NCBI RefSeq assembly: GCF_964204645.1
Contig: NC_134032.1
Coordinates: 6,126,275-6,190,274 of the forward strand
DNA: 64,000 nucleotides
Reading direction: 5' to 3'
Origin: Tubulanus polymorphus
Taxonomy: Eukaryota > Animalia > Nemertea
The position numbers and the translations under genes are program-made. Within the stretch, counting starts at the first letter, position 1. Each line of letters starts with the position of its first letter. Shown piece after piece: positions 12,721 through 26,300 of this stretch. The notes beneath the pieces are model-generated. The model was not told where the DNA came from. It searched no databases and saw only the letters and a program-made list of their open reading frames with translations.

Positions 12721-14196
12721 ATAGGTTGTTTAATAGGTTATCACTTGTAATTTTGATTTTTGATTTTTCAATTGAAATATGAGTTGTGAGCGAAATGAAT
12801 ACACTCGTGAGAATTATATTTGTCTGTGGTATTTTATTAGAAAATCAATAGTTCCAACTTCGGTATGTGTCTAATCAAAGAGGGTGGGGGTTAGAAAACG
12901 AATTAGACAGTTATTCTAATTGCCGCAACTATAATTGAAAGTTAGCTGTTGTTTATTTTCTAAGAAGAGTGGCTGAAACAGATTTTTGTGAGCCAAAACT
13001 GAATCCAAAACGTTTCTATTTGCAATGCCTTTGATTTGATTTTGCAATTAAGGTAGGAAATCTAAAACCATAATTAGTTTGAGCCGAAAAGACTTGCTGC
13101 TGTAATGGCTTCATAATGATTTCTTTACAGACGTGTGTCAAAAGAGCTTTCACAATTCGAACTTTTTCGACAATTAAAGACCTCGCAAGTGGTGAACAAA
13201 CGGCTGCCTCAAGAATGAGTGATATGTCCCACACAACTTCTGTCACAATTTCCACATTTTCTGGATGGGGCAGAGGATTTTATTTCCTCGTTTGTCCGTT
13301 CATTTTGGCAAAGATGCCACAGCAGATGCCACAGCATGCATTCGCAAACGCAGACATTTTCGCGTTTGGGCCCCCTTGATCGATTGCGCCCTCTCCATCA
13401 CCCCTTAAGTCACCTGTAATTACAACGGATATCTTAATCAACGGATCAAATTACTTTCTCCCCAGAGCTCCATCCAACACATCATCCCTTTTGATATTAA
13501 AAATAGTTGAAACTTCCTCCAGTCTTACTTGTCGATACAAATCTTTCAAACAATCCTCATGAGAGATATATTGAGATAAGCTAAATATAAAATGTAACAA
13601 CTGCACGATGACTATGTAATTACTAGGGGATGTCTTTAATTAGGCTGAAAAATATACCTTGTTTCACTGTCTGCCATCTCTACCCACCAAAGTGATTAGT
13701 ATGCAAGTGTAGGTTAAAGATAACACGTATAATTTATTGATAATCACGGTACAATATATTGGTCAATGGTACCAATGCTTTCTACTTTTTGTGAAATTGG
13801 ACACCAGCCGAAAGGGTTGTCCAACAGTGCCTAGGTAAAAAACTTGAGAGTAGAGCAAGTAAAACTTGATATCATAATTCATATTCTAAATTAACGTAGG
13901 CCTATAATTAATTATATCGAATAAAATATTGTTAAATTTATGATTCAGGCTATGCTTGCAGCACCCTCGCTGGAGAGAAAATTCCCGACAGCCAGGGTTT
14001 TATTGCTTTTGATTACGCAAATTCAACAAGGACTCGAGCCTCCTGTAGTAGTCTTATATTATGGCTATTGGCACCAGTTGCGGTGGAAGTCGAGCGAAAT
14101 TTATTGAAAATTTCACGAATTTCGTCTTCTACTGACGACCCCTGTTGTAGCAGGTAGCAGCTGAGGAGGTTCTGATAGTAGAAGTATTATTAATAA

Positions 14197-14438
<242 letters not shown>

Positions 14439-16516
14439 GTAAATGTGCCCTGTTCAACTTTTTTGGATTGATGATAGAGACGTTGTTTTTCTGAATTGTT
14501 AAACGACTAAATGGCGAACTAGTCGTAGGTGGCTGCTCAAACTGTACTGGCATGCTCTACAGCTAATTTACAGTCGTTGATATGGCCAAACATTGATAGG
14601 TGGAATACTTGTTGAAATTATTTTTTCTTTGAAAAATCGCAGAAAAAGTTAATCAAGCTTCAATTTTTTTATACTGCGTGTCACAGGTTCCTCCGAAATG
14701 ATCAGATATTAAGTAAATCTCTGTTAATAGCATATATAGAAATATCTTTGTTATGGATGAGTAATCAGTAGGATGTCTTCTTTACATATCAAGGATGGGT
14801 CATGTAGACCACGCCCGGTTGGTTTTCAAAGACGCATTCTAAATCGACCAAACTTGATAAATGAAATTTAGGCTGTTTCTACTTTTGATGGTATCAATTA
14901 ATCTTTTCGTCCATAATTTAAGAAAGTTCAATTGACATGGTCACTAGAACAAAACACATCAAAAAGCACCTCATGGCCAACATTGTAGAATGAGAAATGA
15001 TGAGCACCACATTTACATGATTATCCCCGAGGTAACACCCAAGAAACGCGACGTGTTACTTTTTGGTTTACTTCCAGGCAGCTATGTTCTCTTGAAATTG
15101 ATTCTAAGGTATTACCGTTGTCTGATCAATAAAGTACCTCTGTTAAACGATAAGCGACATACGTATGTGTCGCTCAATGCAATATTCCGAACATTTATGG
15201 CATTTTTGCAAACTAAGACGTTAACAGCCCGATTTCATTCATCAAATTAGTTTTTTAAGTAAAATGGGTAGCTTCATAATTTGTCTTTGAAGAAGACACC
15301 CTACTTATTACTAATCCAACGTGAACATCTATTTATCAATATTGAGTAACTTATAAATATTTAATAATATCGGAACCATTTGCTGGGACACATTGTATTG
15401 GCAATGTTTCATTATCATATATATTGTATATTACCATTTTATCTACGTGTGCTTCATTCTTATCATATCACTTATATAGTAGAACTGTAGTGCTTGTTGT
15501 TATCAATCGGTATCTGTCGGCAGTTAGTAAGACCGGAAGGCGTGTGACTCGTGCAACGGAGTATGTCGCCCGTTGGATGAATAAACCGTTATAGTTGTTT
15601 CTAAACTTGTCTAAACTATGGCTTTTATCTAACGTGGTCGTACTTAGCAAACATTTCTATAGGAAAATGCTATTAAGAAAAGCCGGGAATTCTTAAATGT
15701 ATCGTATAGCCAAGGTTTTCCTGTATTCATCGGCATTCACCTAATTCGATGTATACTTAAGTATTGTAATTGTAATGTTTTTAAAAAAGCGGGATTCACA
15801 TCGTCTAGGGTTCTCATGTCTAAGTGTATGTAGTGCATTGTATCAAATTACTACATCAATATACGTATACAAAACCATATACAATATACAATAAAATAAA
15901 ATAATAGAAAAATAATAGAATATTTGGGTGCCTCATAATTTTGGCCCTTTGCTGACGATATGCATGTGTATTTTCTAATAAGGTAGTTAGTAGTATTTTC
16001 CTGAACCTAAGGATTCTACGTAACTTGTGGTACCCTGGTGTTAATTGAGAAATTAAACGAGACTTACCTGTAAGTTGAATTTTGATTGTAATTTTTCGGA
16101 ATTATACCAGATGCGAGTGATTACATGAGATTGAGGCTACTTCCGTTACGTCACTATTCAAAGTCTTAAAGAGGCAAGATAGATGTGCAATTAAAGCATG
16201 AAATTCGTTTCGGAATAAAAACGAAAAAGATGCGAGAATTCTTAAATTAATCTGTATGAAACACAGAAGAAAAATAATATTCTAACACAAACCCAGATGC
16301 GAGATGGGTGGGCATTAGAAAAGGGCGGGCATGTAATCACTCGCATCTGGTATAATTCCGAAGAATTACAATCAAACTTCAACTTACAGGTAAGTCTCGT
16401 TTAATTTCTCAATTCTTCTCCATTATACCAGAATGCTCGTAATTCCATGAGATTTCAAAGTCATCTATTTTGCCGAAACTTATTACACACAAGGAAACAA
16501 ACATAAATACCTTAAA

Positions 16517-17400
16517 TCAAATTGAAGCAAGGACCGCATTAGCCAATTGCTGCGAAGGATGATCAACTACAGTTTTATTGTAATATTTTGCGAAAGTCTG
16601 TTCGCAGCTCCAACCAACAGCCTGGAGAATAGTGTTTATTGGGATAGTCTTAACAGCCGCAGACGCAGAAGCTGAACGAGTAGAATGACTGGAGTATCGG
16701 TTGATATCAACTCCAGAGGCGAACAAGACATCTTTAATCCAGCGCGATAATGTCTCACTTGACGCTCGTCCGTGAGGTTTGTTAGTAGAAATGAAAAGAT
16801 GATTGTCTTTCCTAAGACCAGCCGTTACACGAATGTATTCTTTGATACAAGATACAACGCAAATCTATTTATCATAAGGATAAGCAAAAAACGAAATCGG
16901 ATGAGTCGGTTTCCCCGGTCTATCTTGTTTCTGTTTGACGAAAAAAAAGGTTATATGATCATCAAAAATGTTCATGTCATCGATACGTAATTGATGAAGC
17001 ACATTACGACGAAGTCCTGAAACAGGTGCCATTAAACATAAAGTTTTCTTAGTCAAATCAGATAGAGAAAAATCATGTAACGGTTCTACTGATTTCAAAA
17101 ACCGAAGGACAATACCAACATCCCACGTATCATTATATTTAGGTATAGGAGGACGATTCTCGAAAATACCTTTGAAAAGTCGTTTCACAAGAGGGTCGGA
17201 CCCAATATTAGCGGATGGTGACGCAAAACTAAAAGTTGAAATAGCAGATCTTGCCGTATTTATCGCACTATATGACAAACCTTTCTCATATAATGAAGAA
17301 AGAAAATCAACTAAAAGTTCTGCAGATGGGTTTCTATAATCAAACCCTCGGCGAGTCACATAATCGATCCATTGTCTATATACACATCATATTGCCGAAG
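16517..17400 (-). pseudogene. DIRS tyrosine recombinase (frameshifted)
   Basis: LSYSAINTARSAIS, PKYNDTWDV, SGLR, KQDRPG, HSTRSASAS, GW...TFAKYY, split over ORFs 16865-17359 and 16517-16726. Confidence 0.88.
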
Positions 17401-17474
17401 AGTTGAATCTCGAAGAGATGACAAAAGCAAATTAATCGACAAATTCGACAGACCCAGAGAAAGCAAGTGTTGTG

Positions 17475-19370
17475 TTAAAAGCGACTAACCAGCAAACTTA
17501 GCTGTTTGTAAATCGGATGGATTTTCTCTGGATCTTGAGGAAGACGTAGTAAATTCTTTCTGCAAAATAAGGTGAAAGTTTGATTAGTCAAGTTAATCAA
17601 CTTTGGATACCATGATTGTGACGACCAATTAGGCACCACAAGAATACCGTGACTTTTTTCTTGTTTAATTTTAGACAGACATTTAGCAATTAAACTAAAT
17701 GGAGGAAAGGCATACCAAAACCAATTTGACCAATTCACAGTGAATGCATCTATACAAAAAGCTTGAGGATCAGGATGCCAAGAAATGAACTTAACCCGTT
17801 GGGTATTAATTCTAGATGCAAATAGATCAATTTCAGGTTGTCCAAAAACTCTGATAATATCAGAGAACGCAGTCTTATCTAATTGCCATTCTTTATTGAC
17901 CGATTGAACGCGTGATAAAATATCTGCATCAAAATTCGATATTCCTGAAATGTGAGTTACAGAAAGCCATGAATTAAATTTGAAGACTAATTGCCAAATC
18001 TGTTTAGCTAAACTATTCAACTGAGGAGATTTTGTTCCTCCCTGATTCTTAATGTAGGCTACTGCAACGGTATTATCTAATTGAACAAGAATATGTTTGT
18101 TCTGAATAAGTCCACTGAAAAAAGGGCAAACAAAACTGCCCTAAGCTCTAGAATATTGATGTGATTCAATTTCTCTTGCGCATTCCAAAACCCATAGGTT
18201 TTAGTTTGATTGATAATTGCACCCCAACCCGAAAGAGATGCGTCAGTGGTAATAGTTATATCAGGCGCATGACGTGTAATTGGAGCAGAAGCAGAATGAG
18301 AAATATTCTCAATCCACCAAATTAAATCAGTCTTAGCTTCATCAGAAAGAGAGACTTTAGTATTGAAATCTCCTAACGATTGAGAAAGAGACGTAGACTT
18401 TTTCTAAATTTCGATAATATAATCGACCTGCCGGCACAGCAGGAAAGGAAGAAACTAGAACACCCACGACATGGGCAATATGCCAAAAAGACGGATTTGG
18501 TTTGTGCAACAATGTGGAGCACTCTTTGATTATTTTCTCAATCTTATCCTGACCTAGGAAAACCTTCCAAGTCATTGAATTTAACCAAAAGCCAAGAAAC
18601 TTTCTCTGAACATCAGGATTCTTCTCTGACTTGACCTCATTAATTAAGTAACCACAATTTTGTAATTGAGTTTTAGAAATCGATACATTCGAACTGCATT
18701 CGATACAATCCAGCCCTTGCAAATAAATATCATCGATAAAATCGGCAGAGATGTAACCTGACTGACGTAATGGTGTTAAAACCGGTTTTAATAATTTCGT
18801 AAAAAGTCTAGGCGCCGAAGAAATCCCATTAGGGAGACATTTATATTGAAAAAGATGACCTTTCCAAATAAATCTAAGGAATTTCCTATCTTCAGGGCAA
18901 ATTGAAATAGAATAATAGGCATCTTTTAAATCTAATGAAGCCATATAACAACCTGGCGTCATTAAATTCAGAACAGTATTCAATGAAGTCATTTTAAAAT
19001 GACAATATTTTACAAATTTGTTCAGATGAGTTAGATTCAAAATGAGTCTAAACCCAGAGTCTTTCTTGGGGACAACAAAAATGTTTGAAATAAATTGCCC
19101 ATGAGATGGAGAAGCAAACTCAATAATTCCCCTCTGAAGGAATTCAGATAATAAAACGTCTATAGCAGACTGCTATTTACTCGAAAAGAAAATAGTTCGA
19201 GGCAACTCCAATTGACATGGAGGGAGGTTTTCCCATTCAATGTGGTAACCTTTAACACAATCTAATAAATAACTGTCTGAAGTTAATGACTCCCAAAAGG
19301 TCAAAAAATGTCGAATACGGCCAGCTACAGGAAAGGAATGACTTACCATTTTTTCTGGTCCTGAAACTGG
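17475..19370 (-). pseudogene. DIRS pol: RT, RNase H and Dam-like methyltransferase (disrupted)
   Basis: VAGRIRHF, SLDLKDAYY, LPNGISSAPRLFTK, FIDDI (RT); TTDAS..GWG, HINILEL, HISGISNFDAD (RNase H); IDLFAS..YAFPPF (methylase). Stop at 19173 and frameshifts between about 18100 and 18400. Confidence 0.88.
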
Positions 19371-20572
19371 CCCTTCCTCCAAAAATCCTTCTTGTTTGGA
19401 GTATAATTTGAAGGTCTATAATTAGGATATGGTTGAAATCTGCCATACCGAGCACGACCACGACCTTTCAAAGCGCTAGAGCGACCACGACCACGAAAAT
19501 TAGTAGGAAGAAGTTTCCCAACCATTCTAGTTGTCCTATCGTTTTCTTTTAATTTTTCGTCAAGGTTATCCCCAAATGATTGATCCCCAATGGGATTCGA
19601 GGGTAGCCAAAGCGGCTTGAAAGAATCTTTAAAATCTGTCTTAAGAAGCTCTCTCCTTCTCAAATTCAACTCAAAGTTTCCTTGAGCGAAAAACGAAAGC
19701 GCATCATACAAAATGGCCCCTAACGATTTCCTATCTAAATGTTTAGAGGAATCAGTTAAACTTTCAACAACACGGGAGATAGCTGTAACACCCCGAAGAT
19801 TCCAATTTTGGATTTTCTGCAGTTTTACATCAAAAGCTGCAGATTCTTTAGGAAGTTTCATCCATATAGGCTGATTAACTTTCGTAACAGCCAACTTTGA
19901 TGTATTATCAGGACAAGCATAGTCCTTAGCCTTACGTTCTAGCTTGTCTAGAAACTCTTTCTTTTCTGGATCGTCAGTTCCGAAACCGGATAAAAGTTGA
20001 GTCAATAAAGACGAAATATCTTCATTTAACGGAGGTCCAGTCACTTTAAAAGACTGAACCTCAGATCTCAAAAAGTCTAATAAATCATTCGAATCCTTGT
20101 TAACAGGAAGATTATTGTTGTCATCTGATTTATTAAAGAGACTTAAAAATCTCTGACCGATCGAATCAGAATTAGAAATATCAGCAACATTATGATCATC
20201 GTTATGACAGGCGATATCCGGAGGATATTCGGCAAAATCTGAAGACATCTGATTTTCAAGGTCTTCTAGTCTCTTTTTCATTAGTAGAAATTCAGACATA
20301 ACCGGATTAGTGGAAACACTATCCGCAAACTGTTGGGTTTCAACAGGACTAGACGATGATTTAGAAACCGTAGACGGTTTACTCGTTTTGACAATTCTCT
20401 GAGGAATTAAGTTTTTATCAGAGGACGCAGTATGCGTCAAAAGTTTATAAGAAAGGCTCTGACGACCTTCATTGATGGCCGAAGCCATGTAATCCTCATC
20501 GTCAACGACGTGGGAATCAATTTCAACTTCTTGACCGATGTCAAGAGGAACATAATCTAGATTAGACTGCAT
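19343..20572 (-). CDS. DIRS ORF1 (gag-like)
   Basis: Open 409-aa ORF with YACPDN..VTKVNQPIW, DVKLQKIQ, LRRRELLK, FGDNL and an RG-rich C-terminus, in the DIRS ORF1 position. Confidence 0.8.
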   Translation of the reverse strand: MQSNLDYVPLDIGQEVEIDSHVVDDEDYMASAINEGRQSLSYKLLTHTASSDKNLIPQRIVKTSKPSTVSKSSSSPVETQQFADSVSTNPVMSEFLLMKKRLEDLENQMSSDFAEYPPDIACHNDDHNVADISNSDSIGQRFLSLFNKSDDNNNLPVNKDSNDLLDFLRSEVQSFKVTGPPLNEDISSLLTQLLSGFGTDDPEKKEFLDKLERKAKDYACPDNTSKLAVTKVNQPIWMKLPKESAAFDVKLQKIQNWNLRGVTAISRVVESLTDSSKHLDRKSLGAILYDALSFFAQGNFELNLRRRELLKTDFKDSFKPLWLPSNPIGDQSFGDNLDEKLKENDRTTRMVGKLLPTNFRGRGRSSALKGRGRARYGRFQPYPNYRPSNYTPNKKDFWRKGQFQDQKKW

Positions 20573-22100
20573 GATTGAAAACGATACCCAACGGGTCCGA
20601 AAGTCTAATCGAAAAATATATGAATAGCTAGGGCCTAGGCCTAAAAGGCACTAGCTAAATAAATGAGACCAAAACAAAAGTAAATTTAATAATTCACAAG
20701 AAAAAAGCTACGGATATTCAGCGAATTCCGAAGACTTACATTGAAAAAGTTATAAAAAAGGCCTAAATGAGATGTTGAACGATATTATTCAACAAAAATA
20801 ACGAGAACAAATTCTCGGACGTCTCGAAGTGACGGAAGTCAGCAACTCAGTGACGTAACGGAAGTAGCCTCAATCTCATGGAATTACGAGCATTCTGGTA
20901 TAATGGAGAAGAATTCGGTATTGCGTATTCAAAAATCAAGAAGTTCCTGCATTGGCCCTTCTGGTTTTGAGCTCGTTTTGGACATATAACAAAATGCTAA
21001 TAAACGTAACTGCACATAAACGTAATGTTAGTTTATACCAAGCTGTGAATTACAATATCACGAAAATGCTAATAAACGTACGTAATGCGCTCATAAACGT
21101 ATAGAGATTACGTCATACCATGCTGTGACCTCAGAGGGATAATTATCATGGTTCGTACGTTTCATTTGTATTGAGTCCGTATAAAAGTTGTGAAATAGCT
21201 CAATACCGTACTGAAATAAACTGCCCAAACTTCACACGTCGATGTCCTAGCGTTGATAACTGGTTTCTCTGTCCGTGTCCCGACATATCCTTAGAACGTA
21301 TGTGGCTTTAGACTAGCCTCTAAAGCCGTACCGTACTGTACTGATAAATTATCCCCGAGGTAGTAAGCGAATTCCATGGCAGTCTGAACAAGAGATATCA
21401 TCACAATGAATCGGATTAAGAAAATTTGCCATACAATGCCAGGAGAGGCACATGATAATCCAATGCAATCGACTCCCAGGTAAATGGAAGTCGACCGTTA
21501 CTAAAACCAGAATGCATGGTTCGAGCGAAAATCAAATAGCCTATTGATTATAGGTTTGGGGAATTTCGTTGTAAAATGCTCCCAGAATCGGGCGATACCG
21601 AAGCCTGCGAGGTATTTATTTCTCTTTCAATTGCATAAATTCGCATAAAACTCAAAGAGATACATACGGGTTGAACTCACCAGATGGCGCAACACTACAC
21701 TCGGTCATTTCAAAGGATGAATAAAGTTATTTTATGATGTCGTAATGAAAATGATTCTATTTTCGACCGAATTTGGACTGGTTTTTGGGCTCCCGCATCC
21801 AAATAAGTCTCGAATAAACGATATTTTGGCTGCTGGGCACGGGGGTCAAGACCCCTCACCCCCCGCGATCTGCGCCGGTAGATAGATATCAACTTTCTAA
21901 CTCTGTGTTTGGTATATATTTTACCGAAAGTAGATTTATTTGTTGAAAGTATTGAATAAAATTAAAATGAATTCAATGTATATTTGGCGGATTCGGGACC
22001 CTATATATTCAGTTCAAAGTTCAACGTTTGTGGACTAATCAAGACAATATGACTGATTGCTGATAACGCCATCTGGTGGGGTAGCTGATTTAATCAATAA

Positions 22101-23345
22101 TCAATAATCTAGATCTAAACAGTGTCCTTGCGAACGAAAATCGATGAACTTTTCCACTTCGTATTCGTCAGACGAGATTCTAAGACGTTCGCAAACGTCT
22201 ATCAGCTTCACTTTGGCTTCATCTAAATTATCAGCTTTCACGCCCACGTAGCAAATGTGTATTTCGGTATCAGCGTCGACGACTTCATCAGGCGCGTATG
22301 ATTGAATCGGCGTGAACAGAATCTCACCTGAACTCTGCAATTCGTTAATTTCGTCCATCATATTCCATAGATGGGCGTGAAGCGAATGTAAGCAAGTGAC
22401 GCCTAGTATGTAGACACGAGGTGTGTGTGTGTAGACGTGTGGGCGAACGCTGCACGCGCACATGTAGACGCATCTTATAAAGTCGATTCCGCTGCATTCT
22501 TTGATCCAGGTGACGCTGAAGCCTCCGATGCGGGCGTTGATTTCGATGAGTTTAGGACCTTTCGAAGTCGAGACCATCTCCACGTCGAATACCCCACTGA
22601 CAAGGCCTATAGCGCGGCAACATTGGTAAGCAGCCGTAGTCATCTGCTTGACCTGCTCGGCGGACAAGCACGACGGCATGCAGAGGGAAGTCTCGAAATA
22701 AGACGGTTTCCTCGTCGGACCATTATCCCAGACAAAAGCCGTAATCAACTGTCCTTTGTACATGACAAGTTGAATGTCGTGCTCGACTCCTTCGAGAAAG
22801 TTCATCATCATCATGCTAGTTCCGAAACTTTTCCCGGTTATAGGTGTCACCTCTTCCGTTTCGACCTTACTTCGCACGACGTTGAAGTAACCCTTGGCTT
22901 CGTTGATATCTTGGACAAGTTTCACGCCCACTGAACCGCCTCCATATTCTCGTTTGATAATGCACGGAAACTGTACCGGCGATGCGTCTATGTCCGCTTC
23001 CGTTTCCACGTGTACGGACTTGTCAGCGTAATTTCGCGTCTGAGGAAAGTGCTTATATTCGCTGCGGCTTTCGTGGATGGCTTTCAGTGTCGACGATTTC
23101 TGCTTCGCGATTTTAGCCCCGTTGATACCGGACCCGTTCAGCGACAATAACTCACATATTTCAGCGCACAGCACGATGCAATCTTCCGATACCGTGCAAC
23201 AACCGTCGATTTTCAAACCACTGCTTTTGAGAAGGTGTATAATATTCGCGACGTGCTCGTCGTCTCGGGTGTGGTCGGATAGATCATAGTCGATGAAATA
23301 TGCTACGTCTGGGATGTAACCAGTCTTGCAGTCGACTACTATCAT
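22101..23345 (-). CDS. CARNS1: CARNS1-like coding exon 5 (C-terminal ATP-grasp domain)
   Basis: TTTCAG|ATG acceptor; FPCIIKREYGGGSVGVKLV, EHD, DNGPT, FDVEM, EINAR; TGA stop at 22101. Confidence 0.92.
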   Translation of the reverse strand: MIVVDCKTGYIPDVAYFIDYDLSDHTRDDEHVANIIHLLKSSGLKIDGCCTVSEDCIVLCAEICELLSLNGSGINGAKIAKQKSSTLKAIHESRSEYKHFPQTRNYADKSVHVETEADIDASPVQFPCIIKREYGGGSVGVKLVQDINEAKGYFNVVRSKVETEEVTPITGKSFGTSMMMMNFLEGVEHDIQLVMYKGQLITAFVWDNGPTRKPSYFETSLCMPSCLSAEQVKQMTTAAYQCCRAIGLVSGVFDVEMVSTSKGPKLIEINARIGGFSVTWIKECSGIDFIRCVYMCACSVRPHVYTHTPRVYILGVTCLHSLHAHLWNMMDEINELQSSGEILFTPIQSYAPDEVVDADTEIHICYVGVKADNLDEAKVKLIDVCERLRISSDEYEVEKFIDFRSQGHCLDLDY

Positions 23346-26300
23346 CTGAAAGCATAGAATATTAAGAGAGATACAGGACACGAATACGCTTGCTAAGATT
23401 GGGGATTAAAAAAACAAATCAGGGCCCAGTTGCTTAGTCACAGTTCTTTAGCCATCCATGGACGGCTGGTTTCAAAACATAAGGAAGGGAACCGCTGAGG
23501 TTACAACGGGGTTCGCCTCATTGGTAAATATATTTGTGGATGAACGAAATCCGAAAAGATTTAATTTCTGACAGGACGAGTGTAATTTGTAATTGCAATT
23601 AGCAATCTCAGTTCAAAGGCAGGGTCCCGACCCCAAAATGTTTTCCAAGTCCGCCCAGGGCCCAATTACACAGCTGTGACTTGAGTCAAAAAGCGGTCTC
23701 AAATCTTAAGACAAATCTAAAGTCCTTAGAAGTAAGATCAGCTATTAAACTTAGGTCTTAGACTAATCATGACTGTTTAAAGGCCCCTAGATAAAGACTT
23801 TAAGGCATTGAAAAATGAAACCGCGTTTGTTATCACCACCCGCCTCGGAAATCGGGTAGATATAAAATGAGTACTTCCGCGTCTACGATTATATTTTTTT
23901 TTTTTTATAAAGAATGAAATACTGCTGCCCACATCAGTTAATCTGTGATCGTATTGATATTTTTTTCTATTTTTTCGTACTTGGAAATGGAAGAAAATGC
24001 CGTGCTAACAAGATGCGTAGGGGCGGACCCCAGACCTAACCCTATGGCGAAAACCACTTCAATGCGTAGCTAAGTTCCATGAGCAGGAGATCCCCTGAAT
24101 TTACGCGCTTATGCATGAACAAAACTCTCGAATTTCTTGTTTTTACTATATGATATAGAAGATTTTGGAATAGGGGTCTGAGCTCTGACAGCCAACACTG
24201 TGCCAAAATAACGTTTAATAATGTTTAGGTTTTGATGAAATTTCACAAATTATTTTTTCTTTTACATCTTTTGCACATACAAGTCCTTTTGAAGCATTCA
24301 TTGAGACATAATTCGCTGATTCTAATCAGTTCATGGTAGGATTTAGTAATATTTTTGCTTGTAGAAGGCTAAAATCGCAGATTTCGTTTAAGATATTTTG
24401 AATCGTAAGATATTTTCTCGTAGGAGGCTCGGTCTAGGCTTACAAGTTTATTTCATAAAGGCCATCCTTGCCCATGTGGAATAACCACATTAATTCAGCT
24501 TTCTTTTATATAATAATCTAGTTTGACTGACTTTTTGTTTTGGTGCCAGATATTGTCAGGAATTTAAGGGGTAGGGGAAATGCATATTTTCGTTGAAACC
24601 ATGACAACCGAAAGGACGTTGTAGAAGGCTAGTTCTGATATTTTTCCTAATTAGTACTAGTGACAACTACGCTTGGTAGATAAAATTCAACCCAGTCGAA
24701 GGCCTGTGGACGCAGTAGGGTGCATTCGAATTTTTATCCATAGCCATATATCATGTCCATCGGTGAAAAACCTATCAACTCTTCAGAAAATGCTGTATAA
24801 TTGTTTAATTCATATTTTGGAAGTGTTTGTTTGACTTTGATGATATTGATAGAAAACTTGGATTTTGTCGCATACGCGTGATTTGTGCATATTTCCACGT
24901 GTAATTGGGCGAGAGCTATTATTTTCCATTGTATATCTTGGGTGTCCCCAGTCTTTCTAAAACTGTACAAAAATGAGAGTCCATGAACAAATGAATTATC
25001 AAATTCTTTTCCATCATAAAATTGTACCTGAAAGAAATTTTCTTAAAACTTTTGATGTTTGTACAGCATCTTTTCTAAATAGTGGGAAACTCCATACATA
25101 ACGACTAAAAATATCGATTATATTAAATATCCACCAATAATCATTATTACCTTTTTTAAGATTTTTCATATCAATCAAATCACCCTACCATTGTTGATCT
25201 ACATAACTTACCATAGTTTTACGAGTTTTATATTTTCATACAATTTTTTTATGTGTAGTATGTTGGTTGTTCTAATATAAATTCATATAAATATATATCT
25301 TTATATTTAACTAAGTTATGTGGAATTATCTTATTTAATTTATCTTATTTTACTTGCCGCCAAATATTCTTTACAGAAGGAAAGGCAACCGAACTCTTAG
25401 GATTATAACATAAATTTCTTAAATATCGTTCTTTAGGATTAGGAGATTTTTATCCCCCATTGATGTATCATTAATATTAACTATTTATATCTAATATTGA
25501 ATAATATGTAATTGTGGATTTGTTATAGATAATTGCGCATCAGCAATAATATAAATATTAATTTTATAATTGTCGATTCTTTTTTTTCATAAATAATTGT
25601 ATTCCATCTTTTGTATTTTCTAATTTTTTCCAGAACCATGTTATGAATTATCTTCAGTTTTTCTAAAATCTTACCATAATCAAATTTTTTACCAGTATAA
25701 TGATCAATTTGATTAATATCACAATTTTCGGATAATTCTATTTTTTCATTCATGAAAAGTTTTTTAATTTCTTCCCATTGATCTATCTATCATTCTCATT
25801 CTTTAACAATAAAATATTTTACTTGCAATACCTTCAATTGTTATTTCTACTTTCAATATTTCATGATTATAATAATTATCAACATCTATCGTACCATTAG
25901 CATATACTTTAGTAAAAAATATTAAAATACCTTTAATTGATCTTCTAAGCAAGTAAATATTTTCATTAATCATTTCATCACTTGCGTTAATAGTTACAGT
26001 TAAATTTATCAATATAATAATATATTAAGAAAATCCTTGATTATATCGAGTTCGAATTGTACCCGCAATATCTTCATTGGCTACTGTATCATATTCTAAA
26101 CATATATTTGATAATTTGTAGCCCATATCTTCAATTACACTAGCTATTTCTATTTCATTAAGGGGAGCAAATGTTTTTTCGAATATTAAATCTTCTTGAA
26201 TTGCATATTTATTTAAAGGTGCATTTATATTTATCATTTCAAAAATCTAATGGAATTTTATATTTACTATCATAGATCGTTTTAATTAATTAATTAAATT

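Larger units (their letters stand above)
16043..20915 (-). mobile_element. DIRS1-like tyrosine-recombinase retrotransposon, structurally near complete
   Basis: Gag-like ORF, RT/RNase H/methylase and YR coding regions. Short inverted termini (about 16125-16155 vs 20850-20880). Internal complementary region 16331-16454 matches both ends. Both ends finish in AATT. Confidence 0.93.

Noticed and set aside
22425-23289. Plus-strand ORFs 22425-22934 and 23077-23289
   Set aside because: Antisense shadows of the GC-richer CARNS1-like exon 5.
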